DNA of 57,923 nucleotides, the filler included, from Acidimicrobiia bacterium (lineage in GTDB: Bacteria > Actinomycetota > Acidimicrobiia > Spongiisociales > UBA11373), in assembly GCA_040878325.1 (NCBI GenBank). It is 3 parts of 3 records of this genome, joined end to end, with 100 filler letters (N's around TTAATTAATTAA, not from the genome) between each part and the next. Parts side by side here need not be neighbours in the genome. Positions count along the whole stretch, not along the records: positions 21,784 to 51,189 come from JBBDMM010000006.1; positions 51,290 to 57,923 come from JBBDMM010000007.1; 1 more part is not named here. One strand, written 5' to 3'. This document shows positions 49,403 through 57,923 of the stretch, one piece after another. How positions within the stretch are numbered: position 1 is the stretch's first letter; the number at the start of each line of letters is the position of its first letter. The position numbers and the translations under genes were made by a program. Under the pieces are notes generated by a model that was not told the DNA's origin, searched no databases, and saw nothing but the letters and a program-made list of their open reading frames with translations.

Positions 49403-49846
49403 ATGCAACTGAAGCTCGGAAAGCGAGCCGACTACGCGATCCGAGCCGTCCTCAGTCTGGCGCGCCATGTCGAGGCAAACTCGCTCACCAAGTCGCGTGA
49501 TATCGCAGCGGAGATGGACATCCCGGCCAAGTACCTGCCGCAAGTGCTGGCGACCCTGGTGCGCGCCGGGTTGGTGAACTCGGTGCCTGGACCCGACGGT
49601 GGCTATCGGCTCACAAAGGCACCCGAGGAGGTGACCCTCCTGGACGTGATCGAGGGAGTCGAGGGACCCCTCCGGTCGGCTGAGTGCATCCTGCGCGGCG
49701 GGCCGTGTCACTGGGAGACGGCGTGTGCGTTGCACGAACCCTGGGCAAAAGCCAAGGAGGCCATGCTCACCAACCTCGCCTCGACCAACTTCGGCGACCT
49801 TGCCGCCGCCGACTCGACGCTCGCAACCCGGTACCGCAGTAGCTGA
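49403..49846 (+). CDS. Rrf2 family transcriptional regulator with three Cys (Fe-S type)
   Basis: ADYAIRA, YLPQVL, GPDGGYRL, ECILRGGPCHWETAC. Confidence 0.9.
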   Translation: MQLKLGKRADYAIRAVLSLARHVEANSLTKSRDIAAEMDIPAKYLPQVLATLVRAGLVNSVPGPDGGYRLTKAPEEVTLLDVIEGVEGPLRSAECILRGGPCHWETACALHEPWAKAKEAMLTNLASTNFGDLAAADSTLATRYRSS

Positions 49847-49852
49847 GCGAAC

Positions 49853-50156
49853 GCCATCCGCCTCCCGCCTCCCGCCTCCCGCAAGAAACGAGCTGACCGC
49901 CCCCCACCGGCCGGTCGCGTTCTCGCCAATCGCCCATCGCGGGAGGGCGGCGCAGCCGACCGACCTATCGCGGGAGGCTGGCGTCAGCCAGCCGACCTAT
50001 CGCGGGAGGGCGGCGCAGCCGACCGACCTATCGCGGGAGGCTGGCGTCAGCCAGCCGACCTATCGCGGGAGGGCGGCGCAGCCCACCGACCTATCGCGGG
50101 AGGCTGGCGTCAGCCAGCCGACCTATCGCGGGAGGCCGGCGTCAGCCAGCCGACTC
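49853..50156. repeat. (CCTCCCG)n heptamers plus an alternating 31/32-bp hairpin-unit tandem array
   Basis: A units at 49936, 49999, 50062; B units at 49967, 50030, 50093, 50125; 63-bp period. Confidence 0.92.
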
Positions 50157-50997
50157 ACGCCTCCACCAGCGGCCCGTAGGCGTCGGGGCGACGGTCCCGA
50201 TAGAAAGCCCACTGTTGGCGAACTTCTTCGATCTTGTCCATGTCGAGGTCGCGGACGATCACTTCGTCGTCGGTGTCGGAGGCGGGGTCGCCGACCTTCT
50301 GGCCGCGGGGGTCGACGAAGTATGAAGATCCGTAGAACTCGTTGTCGCCCAGCGGCTCTTTGCCCACCCGGTTGATGGCACCGATGTAGTACTCGTTGGC
50401 CACCGCCGCCGCCGGCTGCTCCAGGTTCCACAGGTACATCGACAGGCCGCGGCTGGTCGCAGACGGGTTGAACACGATCTTGGCCCCCGCCAGGCCCAGT
50501 GCCCGCCATCCCTCGGGGAAGTGGCGGTCGTAACAGATGTAGACCCCGATCCGACCCACTGCGGTGTCGAAGATCGGGTAGCCCATGTTCCCGGGGCGGA
50601 AGTAGTACTTCTCCCAGAAGCCCTTCACATGGGGGATGTGGGTCTTGCGGTACTTGCCGAGGTAGCTGCCGTCGGCGTCGATCACCGCGGCGGTGTTGTA
50701 GTAGAAGCCCTCCTGCTCGACCTCGAACATTGGCACCACCAACACCATCCCGGTCTCCTTGGCGAGGTCCTGCATCGCCCTCGTCGTGGGGCCGTCGGGG
50801 ATCGGTTCGGTGTACGAGAAGTACTCGTCGTCCTGCACCTGGCAGAAGTACGGCCCGTAGAAAAGCTCCTGGAAGCAGAGGACCTGGGCGCCGTCCTTCG
50901 CAGCCTTACGGGCCAATTCAATGTGCTTCTTCAGCATCGAATCCTTGTCGCCGGTCCATGCGGCCTGGATCAGGCCCGCTCGCACGATGTTGGCCAC
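50155..50997 (-). CDS. Carbon-nitrogen hydrolase (beta-ureidopropionase-like)
   Basis: CFQELF, YNTA, YRKTHIP, FWEKYYF, ICYDRHFPE (Glu-Lys-Cys triad); AAGGAG RBS before GTG 50997. Confidence 0.9.
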   Translation of the reverse strand: MANIVRAGLIQAAWTGDKDSMLKKHIELARKAAKDGAQVLCFQELFYGPYFCQVQDDEYFSYTEPIPDGPTTRAMQDLAKETGMVLVVPMFEVEQEGFYYNTAAVIDADGSYLGKYRKTHIPHVKGFWEKYYFRPGNMGYPIFDTAVGRIGVYICYDRHFPEGWRALGLAGAKIVFNPSATSRGLSMYLWNLEQPAAAVANEYYIGAINRVGKEPLGDNEFYGSSYFVDPRGQKVGDPASDTDDEVIVRDLDMDKIEEVRQQWAFYRDRRPDAYGPLVEA

Positions 50998-51057
50998 GCG
51001 GTCTCCTTGGAGGGGAGGGGAAGGATACGCGAACCTCGCTGTGATAATTGCGTCGAC

Positions 51058-51189
51058 ATGCGCATCGCCCTTGTCGCACCGAGCATCCCGGAAACCCCGG
51101 CCGACCTCGCATCGCATCGGCTGGCTGCTACCGGGGCGGCGCTGACCGCGGCCGGTGCCCACCCCGAACTCGTGCTCTACGACGACGAT
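51058..51189 (+). CDS. 5' fragment of an unknown gene truncated by the gap
   Basis: MRIALVAP... stays open to the gap; TGATAAT upstream. Confidence 0.4.
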
Positions 51190-51289
51190 NNNNNNNNNNN
51201 NNNNNNNNNNNNNNNNNNNNNNNNNNNNNNNNNTTAATTAATTAANNNNNNNNNNNNNNNNNNNNNNNNNNNNNNNNNNNNNNNNNNNN
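51190..51289. other. Artificial contig join (N-run with TTAATTAATTAA linker)
   Basis: 100-nt gap with linker at 51234-51245. Confidence 0.97.
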
Positions 51290-51367
51290 GCATGACTCCA
51301 TCCTCCCGTGGAATCAGAGCCGCTACCAAACCCGGGGTGCTTCAGTTTGTACGTACACGCGTGTCCG

Positions 51368-52393
51368 TCAGCTGGTGCGGCCGCTGGCTCCTAGCGGTCT
51401 CACGAGGTTGGCGAAGAATGTACCGTCGTACTCGCAGTCAGGCGGTGGGTTGTCAGGAGCGCTGTCGCTGGCATAACCAGAGAGCGCGACGGTGTCGCCT
51501 GATCTGATCACTATCTCGGTGAGTACCTCCCAGCGGCTCATGTGGATCGTGTGGTCGTCCAGAAGCGAGACGGTTCCTGCCGGCCAAACGACGAGCCGCT
51601 CGAGCTCTCCGTAGCTGATGGTGGTACAAGCGCCGGCGATGGTGATCGTGGTCGAGTTGATACCTACCGCGGGAACTCCTTCCATCACCTCGACCGGGCG
51701 AGTAGTCAGCCCGTGCCCAACCGGCGCATCAAGGGCACCGAGAAGAATCAGCTGCTCGTCGTAGACGCAGCTCGAGGGCATCGGCTCGGCCAGCTCTCCA
51801 TCGACTGCATCGAGCGGGATGCCTCGGAATTGGTAGCGGGCGCCAGATGACAAGACCTGAGTCGTGGTAGCCGGAACGACGTCTCCGAAGTGGACCTCGA
51901 CGCCTTGGACCCACACGTACCGCCCTCCCCCTGGCGGCGGCTCGACCGGGAGATCGAAGACCAGAAGAATCGCCGTGTCGCCCGTTTCGGCGGTCACGCA
52001 GGACCCGTCGACGCGGAGGACAGCGTCCTCGACGACTCGGATCGGCGGGTTAAATGGTTCGTTCACCGAACCGAGGAGCGGTGGGTCGACTGCCACGGAA
52101 GCGGAAGTCGTTGACGTCGGTGTCGATGACGTCGTGACGGCATTGGTGGACACCGTTGTCGGGGCGCTTCCGCCGAAAGGCTCAGAATCTCTTCGGGGTG
52201 CTCCCCCCCACAGCAGGACCAAAGGGAGCAGGACGGCGACGAGGACAGCGGCCCATGCGATTGGTATCCAAGCACGTGGGTGTCGGGTGACGCTCTTCGA
52301 CGTCACGAAACTGATCGGTGGTATTTCACTGTCAGCGACTGAAGCGCGCGCCTCGTCGGCGTGTCGGCGTCCAAGGTCGTCGATGTCACTCAT
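51368..52393 (-). CDS. Single-pass membrane protein, putative anti-sigma partner
   Basis: ATGA-coupled to the sigma gene; short cytoplasmic N-terminus, TM helix, Thr/Ser linker, two similar Cys-containing extracellular repeats. Confidence 0.6.
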   Translation of the reverse strand: MSDIDDLGRRHADEARASVADSEIPPISFVTSKSVTRHPRAWIPIAWAAVLVAVLLPLVLLWGGAPRRDSEPFGGSAPTTVSTNAVTTSSTPTSTTSASVAVDPPLLGSVNEPFNPPIRVVEDAVLRVDGSCVTAETGDTAILLVFDLPVEPPPGGGRYVWVQGVEVHFGDVVPATTTQVLSSGARYQFRGIPLDAVDGELAEPMPSSCVYDEQLILLGALDAPVGHGLTTRPVEVMEGVPAVGINSTTITIAGACTTISYGELERLVVWPAGTVSLLDDHTIHMSRWEVLTEIVIRSGDTVALSGYASDSAPDNPPPDCEYDGTFFANLVRPLGASGRTS

Positions 52394-52860
52394 TCGTTCA
52401 CCCCCAATGATTTGGCCAATCTCCTTCGCCCGCGCGTGAGGTGAACCCTGGCCGTGGACTCGCTGCATCCAAGAATGGTGGCGACATCATGGACCGGTCG
52501 GTCCTCCAGGTAGAAGAGAACCACCGCCTGGGCTTGCCTTGGCGGAAGCGAACGCACGTTGGCCCAGAACGCTTCCGTCTCCTTGGGCAGATCACCGCCA
52601 ACATGAACCTCATTCTCCAAATGTTTGAGCGCGTTCTTTTCGGCGTAGCGACGCCGCCATGCCGACCTTGCCTTATTGGCGACCACCCTCCTGATCCATC
52701 CCTCCGGGTTCTTCAAGCGGCCCCACGCATCCAATGCGGCGACGAAGGCGTCCTGTGTCACGTCCTCGGCTCGTATCCGGTCGCCCATCAAGACACGGGC
52801 GATCACCAATACGTGCCGGTACTCCTTCATGTAGAAGTCCTCGAACGACCTGTCATTCAC
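52390..52860 (-). CDS. ECF sigma-70 factor
   Basis: AEDVTQDAF, WIRRVVAN, LPPRQ..VVLFYLED..VATILGCSESTARVHLTRGR. Confidence 0.9.
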   Translation of the reverse strand: MNDRSFEDFYMKEYRHVLVIARVLMGDRIRAEDVTQDAFVAALDAWGRLKNPEGWIRRVVANKARSAWRRRYAEKNALKHLENEVHVGGDLPKETEAFWANVRSLPPRQAQAVVLFYLEDRPVHDVATILGCSESTARVHLTRGRRRLAKSLGVNE

Positions 52861-53312
52861 GGCCCCATAGTCCCCTCGCCAAGCACTCGGTGGTGGCGGT
52901 CACGCTTACTGTCGCACGAGCCGGCTGAAACGCTTACAGGATCTTTCCCACGCGGGCGAGGTCCGGCCTTCCATCGAACGCAGCGTCGCCGAGCGAACGG
53001 CCACAAGAAGCGTACGCCAACCTGCGGCAACGCTGTCGGAACGACAACGATTTGTGGGCCTAACAGGATGGAACGCGAACCACTGCAACGGCGAGATTAC
53101 AGGGCTACTGGAATTCCTTGACTCGCTGTAGGTGCTGTCGTGCGGCTATTCGCGGCCACGGTGTCGATACTCTCTGATGATGGCGGCAAGCCGTCGTTGC
53201 CAGCCCGTACGGTGTGGTAGTCGCACTATCAGCTACTGGCCGAGGCGGAGGAGAAGTATCGCAACCAGCAGAAGACTGAACGCGAATAGCCCAGAACCGG
53301 CCTCCGCTACCG

Positions 53313-53657
53313 CTAGTCCTCCCTTGAATCAGTGACGTAGACGATCGCCGCGAGTCCCGCGGCGTCGATCTGCAATCGGACATCTGACACAATGACATCC
53401 CGATTTGGTTCTGAGACCTGGATCACTGTCCCCTGAGGCGGCATAAACACGCCGGGGAACCGCATGACCACCGGCCCAGAGACATGCCCCGGTTCGTGGT
53501 TCAGGACATCGGCGGGGCCTCTGAAGTCGTGGATCGCTATCAAGGTCTGGACTTGATCGCTCTGGAGTACAACCGCACCGTCTGATTCGGGCAGGAGTAT
53601 TTCGTACCAAGGACCGTCATCTGTAGCCACGAGCTTGAAGGGATTACGGATCGTCAT
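53313..53657 (-). CDS. Hypothetical protein
   Basis: 114-aa ORF with AGAGGA RBS; no motif recognised. Confidence 0.45.
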   Translation of the reverse strand: MTIRNPFKLVATDDGPWYEILLPESDGAVVLQSDQVQTLIAIHDFRGPADVLNHEPGHVSGPVVMRFPGVFMPPQGTVIQVSEPNRDVIVSDVRLQIDAAGLAAIVYVTDSRED

Positions 53658-53817
53658 GACCGTCCTCTTGCTCGGCGAACCGCAAGACTAGACCACAGAA
53701 GCGACCCTTCCACGTACAAACAGACCCCGAACCGAGAGAGAGGTTCCCGGCTCGGCTCGCGAAATCCGTCTGAAGTCTTTAAAGGGCCTGACAGGACAGA
53801 CGCGAACCATCCGGCCC

Positions 53818-55509
53818 CTAGGTAACCTCGATAAACGGCACCGCTGTGTCCGTAAGGATGCGAATGACCTGGCCCCGTGCTGAGGCAGGAATTGCTAGTA
53901 CGAGTAGTTCCGCTGGCCGAGAAGCTCCGACGTAGAGAACTCGTCGCTCCTCGGTCGGGAGATCTTGCTCCCAGTGATCCAAGACGGTGAGGCCACTCTG
54001 ATCGGATCGAGGTCTCCTAATGGCTAAGAGCACGGCTCGAAACTCCTGGCCCTTCACACTGTGAACGGTTGTTGCACGAAGGGCCCCGCGGATCACGGGC
54101 CTTGCATCGACGGCCTGCCAGGACTTCGCTGATGGTTTTCTGATCCCGGCAGTGTCGATCTGATCACCACTTGGCCACGCCAGTCCGCCTAGCGAGTCCT
54201 TCAGAGTGCTTGCGAAGTCGCTTCGATCTCCCTTGCCCTTGAGTGAGGAAATGAGACGTGCGACAAGTCTCGCAAACCACCTCCGTTCGACACCAGCGAG
54301 TCTCAGTTGTTCATCCACGCTCCCCATTGGGCCAAAACCAAGGAGCGAGAGGAGCGCGGACTCGAAGCGGCGCTTCGCCCGGAGTTTCGTACGAGGCAAC
54401 GAAACGGGATCGAGAGAGTCTCGAAGACAGATCGCCATAGTGGCTACTCGATCGTTTGTGGTCGCTGATGATGTCCGCGTGCCCGCGACCACCTCAGCAT
54501 CCGAGAGTCTGTGCGAGAGAACGACAGCGTCGTGCTTCCCGATCTCGTGCTTCTGTAGAAGGCCGCAGAACAGGTCACGGACTCGGACTGGGTCGTCGGT
54601 TGCGAGAACGCAGACCGGGACCCCGCGCGAAGGGTTCATTGAGACTTCAACCTCACGCCCATGACGTAGGGAAGTATTGATTGCGGAGATCTCGGGCGTG
54701 CTCCGGTGGTTTTTCATTAGGCCCGGAAGGCTTGACAGAGTCCCAGCGAATTCGAGGACCTTGTCGGGGACTGCGTTACGAAACTCGTAGATAGCCTGAT
54801 CGATATCCGCAACCATGACGACTCCGACCTTCTTCTGGTGCGCAAGGGTCAAGATCGAAAGCTCGTCGGGTCCACAGTCCTGCATCTCATCGACGATGAT
54901 CTCGGAGAATCTCGATGCCAAGCGACTCCCGATCCGATCTCGTGAATCGGGTTCTTCGACTAGGCCCTTCGCAATCGCACGTGCCGCGGAACAGCTCACG
55001 AACCCGGCCTTCACCAGCCTTCGCCAGAGAGTGGCCGCCTCGGCACAAAGCGATGCGTTCTTGCTCACGGCATAACGCCGTTCGCCAGGGCGCATGCCGG
55101 GGCGTGTCACGTCCAAAGTGCACGTACCGTCAGCTGTGAAGTCGAACAGCTCCAGGGGGTATCGATAGTTGTACGCACCGGGAAGCGCCACGGTCGTGCG
55201 ATCCAGATCTCCCCACTGATCTCGGTACTCGGGTTGCACTCCGCGACCGGTCATGTAAGGAGTTGTCACGAACCTATGGATGAATGAGTCGAAGGTTCCT
55301 ACGAAATTCGGCGCACGCAGCACCTCGAGTCTGCCTCCGCAGCGGGAGGTCGCTTCATCGACTGCGCTGTTGCTGAAGGACAACAACGCGACTCCCTTGC
55401 GGGACACTTCAGATGTTCGCGCCAGGAATCGTTCAACTACTTGGCGAGTCTTGCCCGCCCCCGGGCATGCAGGGAGGTATACGTTCGATGGGGCTTCACT
55501 CAGCCGCAT
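53818..55509 (-). CDS. UvrD/REP-like SF1 helicase (Gabija GajB-like)
   Basis: ACPGAGKT, LSFSN, VGTFDSF, DEMQD, QAIYEFR, TVHSVKGQEF, RRVLYVGASR. Confidence 0.85.
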   Translation of the reverse strand: MRLSEAPSNVYLPACPGAGKTRQVVERFLARTSEVSRKGVALLSFSNSAVDEATSRCGGRLEVLRAPNFVGTFDSFIHRFVTTPYMTGRGVQPEYRDQWGDLDRTTVALPGAYNYRYPLELFDFTADGTCTLDVTRPGMRPGERRYAVSKNASLCAEAATLWRRLVKAGFVSCSAARAIAKGLVEEPDSRDRIGSRLASRFSEIIVDEMQDCGPDELSILTLAHQKKVGVVMVADIDQAIYEFRNAVPDKVLEFAGTLSSLPGLMKNHRSTPEISAINTSLRHGREVEVSMNPSRGVPVCVLATDDPVRVRDLFCGLLQKHEIGKHDAVVLSHRLSDAEVVAGTRTSSATTNDRVATMAICLRDSLDPVSLPRTKLRAKRRFESALLSLLGFGPMGSVDEQLRLAGVERRWFARLVARLISSLKGKGDRSDFASTLKDSLGGLAWPSGDQIDTAGIRKPSAKSWQAVDARPVIRGALRATTVHSVKGQEFRAVLLAIRRPRSDQSGLTVLDHWEQDLPTEERRVLYVGASRPAELLVLAIPASARGQVIRILTDTAVPFIEVT

Positions 55510-57392
55510 CGGGTGGCGTCTCCTCGCCCTCCGACTTCACCCAAGCTTGCCAAGGTCTGAATTGCCCTGCCGATATAGGGGGGCGGATTGAGTGAGCCGG
55601 ATACGAGAGCAAGGGAGGAGATAGATTGTGCGAGTTCTCCCTTGCGTATTCTGAGGCGATTACTTCGCATGGCGAGGTAGACCTGGTTCGCGGACCGAAC
55701 TGGATCACCGTCCACCATGAGCGAATCCCACTTCTCCTCCGATCGTGGGTGTTGATCTAGGAACGCCTGCCTAACAATGGCGGCGTTGCCCGCCTCGACA
55801 AGGTCGGCTTCGAGGGTCAAACGAGATTGGTGGATTGTCATTCGATCGGATGCACCAAGCTCCCCGACGAGAGTGCTGAGATCCCCGCTGCGGGACGTTG
55901 GTGACCCGATCGTCCCATCTTCAGCTACCTCAGGGTCTCCGTCGGTGAGAATTGCCACGTGCTCGGCAACCCTGACTCCGTCAACGGCGCTGAGCAGGAG
56001 CCTCACATACGGAGCGAAGTCAACGCTGCCAACGTTGATAACGGTCACGCCTCCCCATACAGCCTTGAACGCATCTGCCGAGAGAATGCTCGAAGCGAAT
56101 GCGCTAACTAGGAGGGCTTCCGAGATCCCTTCCACCAGGAGAAACCTCCTGCCAAAAAGCAACTCGGCTCGTGTGACATCGAGGTAGCGATCGATTTTTG
56201 CTCGATCCGGTGGGAGTAGATCCACACTTGCCAGAGCCACCGCGGCAGTCTCCGAGTAGCGAGGACTCGGTTCATCATTTCCCGGCGCCTCGGCCGCGTT
56301 ACCACACGCAAACCCGGTCCTGTCATCCCTGACCTGCGCACTGAGGAGAACGATACGATCAGTCCCGACGGCACTAGCAATATTCGGTGAGTGCGTCGTA
56401 ACAACAACTTGAATCCGTCCGGCCGGTCCTTTCGAGTCATCCTTCCCCGCCGAAGCTAGAGCCGAATCGAACAGGAAGTCCAGAAGCACTCGTTGAAGTT
56501 GCGGATGCAGGTGCGCCTCTGGTTCCTCGACCAGGAAGAGGGTCAACTCGTTTTGCGAGGCACGCTCAAGCTCCAGTACAACGCTCGATAGATACAGGAG
56601 GTTTGAGTAGCCGAGTCCAGAGTCTGCTAGATCGGCGGGACTCACACCCCTTTCTGACATCTTCATTCGGAGACTGCTTGTGAGCCTGCGAATGCTCTGG
56701 TTCGCAGGTTGTATGTCGAGAAGCTGCTCACGAATCGGTCGTGTCAATTTGCTCAACTGCTCACCCATGCCAGTGCGTACGTTCTTCACGGCTGGGTGGC
56801 GCGCTAGGTCCTCGAGACCCAGCTTGGCTTTGTCTCTGAAGTCTTGGAGGTCCTCCTTCGAAGCAAGTCGCTCAAGAATCTGGGCGAGCCTCGATCCCTG
56901 TGCTGAATCGAGAGCCCGGTGGGCGTCTCTTAGTGGTGGGGCGTAGACGTGACAGATCAGATTCCGATTCTCGGGCTCGGCATCGGGGCCATCCAGCGGT
57001 CCGGCTAGGCGGTCCACACGAGTGCCGCGAGGGGCAGTTGGTTCGAGCCGGAACCTCGTGGTGTAGATGATGTGTTCGGTTGTCTCGTCGAGGGCAGTTG
57101 TAAAGAGAGATGCTTGGGACGCCGTCAGCTCGTCGTACCGGGCACGCAAGACAATTGGTCCATCCAGCTGCCAGAACGAGAAGTCAGCCTCCTCGAAGTA
57201 TCGAGTAGGCCTCTCCGACGCCGGGCTGATCGCGAGACGCAGTGCATCGATCACGTTCGACTTCCCCGAGTTGTTTTCCCCGACCAGCACCGTCAATAAC
57301 GGGTCGAACGCAACGTTGACCCCCCCGCAGGACCGAAAGCCATCGATCTCCAGTTGAAAGAGGCGCATGCCATCGGGCTTTGACTTCGTCAT
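55500..57392 (-). CDS. OLD-family ATP-dependent nuclease (ABC ATPase + TOPRIM; Gabija GajA-like)
   Basis: GENNSGKS, GLGYSNL, EEPEAHLHP, TTHSP, LVEGISE, LTDGD, TLE. Confidence 0.9.
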   Translation of the reverse strand: MTKSKPDGMRLFQLEIDGFRSCGGVNVAFDPLLTVLVGENNSGKSNVIDALRLAISPASERPTRYFEEADFSFWQLDGPIVLRARYDELTASQASLFTTALDETTEHIIYTTRFRLEPTAPRGTRVDRLAGPLDGPDAEPENRNLICHVYAPPLRDAHRALDSAQGSRLAQILERLASKEDLQDFRDKAKLGLEDLARHPAVKNVRTGMGEQLSKLTRPIREQLLDIQPANQSIRRLTSSLRMKMSERGVSPADLADSGLGYSNLLYLSSVVLELERASQNELTLFLVEEPEAHLHPQLQRVLLDFLFDSALASAGKDDSKGPAGRIQVVVTTHSPNIASAVGTDRIVLLSAQVRDDRTGFACGNAAEAPGNDEPSPRYSETAAVALASVDLLPPDRAKIDRYLDVTRAELLFGRRFLLVEGISEALLVSAFASSILSADAFKAVWGGVTVINVGSVDFAPYVRLLLSAVDGVRVAEHVAILTDGDPEVAEDGTIGSPTSRSGDLSTLVGELGASDRMTIHQSRLTLEADLVEAGNAAIVRQAFLDQHPRSEEKWDSLMVDGDPVRSANQVYLAMRSNRLRIRKGELAQSISSLALVSGSLNPPPYIGRAIQTLASLGEVGGRGDATRCG

Positions 57393-57923
57393 GCCGCCTC
57401 CAACGCAAACAGCTCGGCTTGCTCCAGGACGAGCTCGATAGCGCGTTCTTCCTTGTCAGGGGGGTAGTCGTACTTAGCGAGCAGGCGCCGGACCTTGGCT
57501 CGCATGGCGGCCTTGACCGACTCTTTGAGGCTCCAGTCGATCGTGGCGCTCTCGCGGACGGTCTCCACGAGCTCATGGGCGATAGCCTTTAGAGCCTCGT
57601 CCCCGAGTTCGAGCACGGCAGAGTCGTTCTGGACAACGGCGTCGTAGAAGGCGACCTCAGCCTCGGACAGCCCGAGTTCCTTCTCCCGGGTGTCCATGTC
57701 GCGCATCTCCTTAGCAAGTTTGACCAGCTCGGCGATGATCTCGGCCGTCGTCAGCGCCCGATTCTGATAGCGGTTGATCGCTCCTTCGAGGAGTTCAGAG
57801 AATCGGCGGGACTGGACAAGGTTGGTTCGTTTCAGCGTACGGATGCGATCCTCGAGCAGTCGTCTCAGGAGTTCCGCCTGCAGGTTCGGCTTGTCGGACT
57901 GGGCGAGCTTGTCGAGGAACTCG
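57389..57923 (-). CDS. hsdR: Type I restriction enzyme R subunit, C-terminal part (partial)
   Basis: LGLSEAEVAFYDA, TIDW..ESVKAAMR..VRRLLAKYDYPPD..A...VLEQAE typical of HsdR C-termini; frame open to the window edge. Confidence 0.85.
   Translation of the reverse strand, partial: EFLDKLAQSDKPNLQAELLRRLLEDRIRTLKRTNLVQSRRFSELLEGAINRYQNRALTTAEIIAELVKLAKEMRDMDTREKELGLSEAEVAFYDAVVQNDSAVLELGDEALKAIAHELVETVRESATIDWSLKESVKAAMRAKVRRLLAKYDYPPDKEERAIELVLEQAELFALEAA

Noticed and set aside
49936..50156. Possible CRISPR array
   Set aside because: The intervening sequences are themselves repeated (A/B alternation); there are no unique spacers and no cas genes in the window
49725..50375. 216-aa ORF with repeated RGRAAQPTDLSREAGVSQPTY peptide
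   Set aside because: Translation of the 63-bp DNA repeat; overlaps two real genes
52861..53312. Short ORFs or ncRNA in the spacer between the sigma gene and the defence island
   Set aside because: No recognisable motif, RBS or convincing structure

Overview
High-GC bacterial DNA, probably Actinomycetota and possibly Acidimicrobiia (inferred from gene content, leaderless -10 motifs and synteny). It consists of three contigs joined by artificial N-gaps with a TTAATTAATTAA linker (21684-21783 and 51190-51289), so linkage across the gaps is not established. Contig 1 (1-21683) is mostly housekeeping: acetoacetyl-CoA synthetase, DUF885, tRNA-Leu(TAA), an amino-acid ABC transporter, an orphan vapB, the mfd-prsA-mazG-eno-ftsB-DUF501-ppx block, and pgsA with a probable ATT start. 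Contig 2 (21784-51189) begins with a 5'-truncated NRPS cluster: glycosyltransferase, nucleotidyltransferase, glycoside hydrolase, PPTase, Zn-dehydrogenase, a T-C-A-T NRPS, a C-A-T-reductase-amidase fusion NRPS and a UvrA-like resistance gene. This looks like a pathway for a DNA-binding, possibly pyrrolamide-like, peptide aldehyde. It is followed by a reductive pyrimidine-catabolism gene set interrupted by a repeat-flanked four-helix-bundle gene, a vapBC pair and a clade II nitrous-oxide reductase cluster with a NosB-NosD fusion, a Rex-like operator and an Rrf2 regulator. Contig 3 (51290-57923) has an ECF sigma factor with a putative partner and a defence island (type I RM hsdR 3' end coupled to a Gabija-like OLD nuclease and UvrD helicase). 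Intergenic DNA in contigs 1 and 2 carries many different 7-bp tandem arrays, often in inverted pairs. All calls come from motif reading and recalled family knowledge; no database searches were run.
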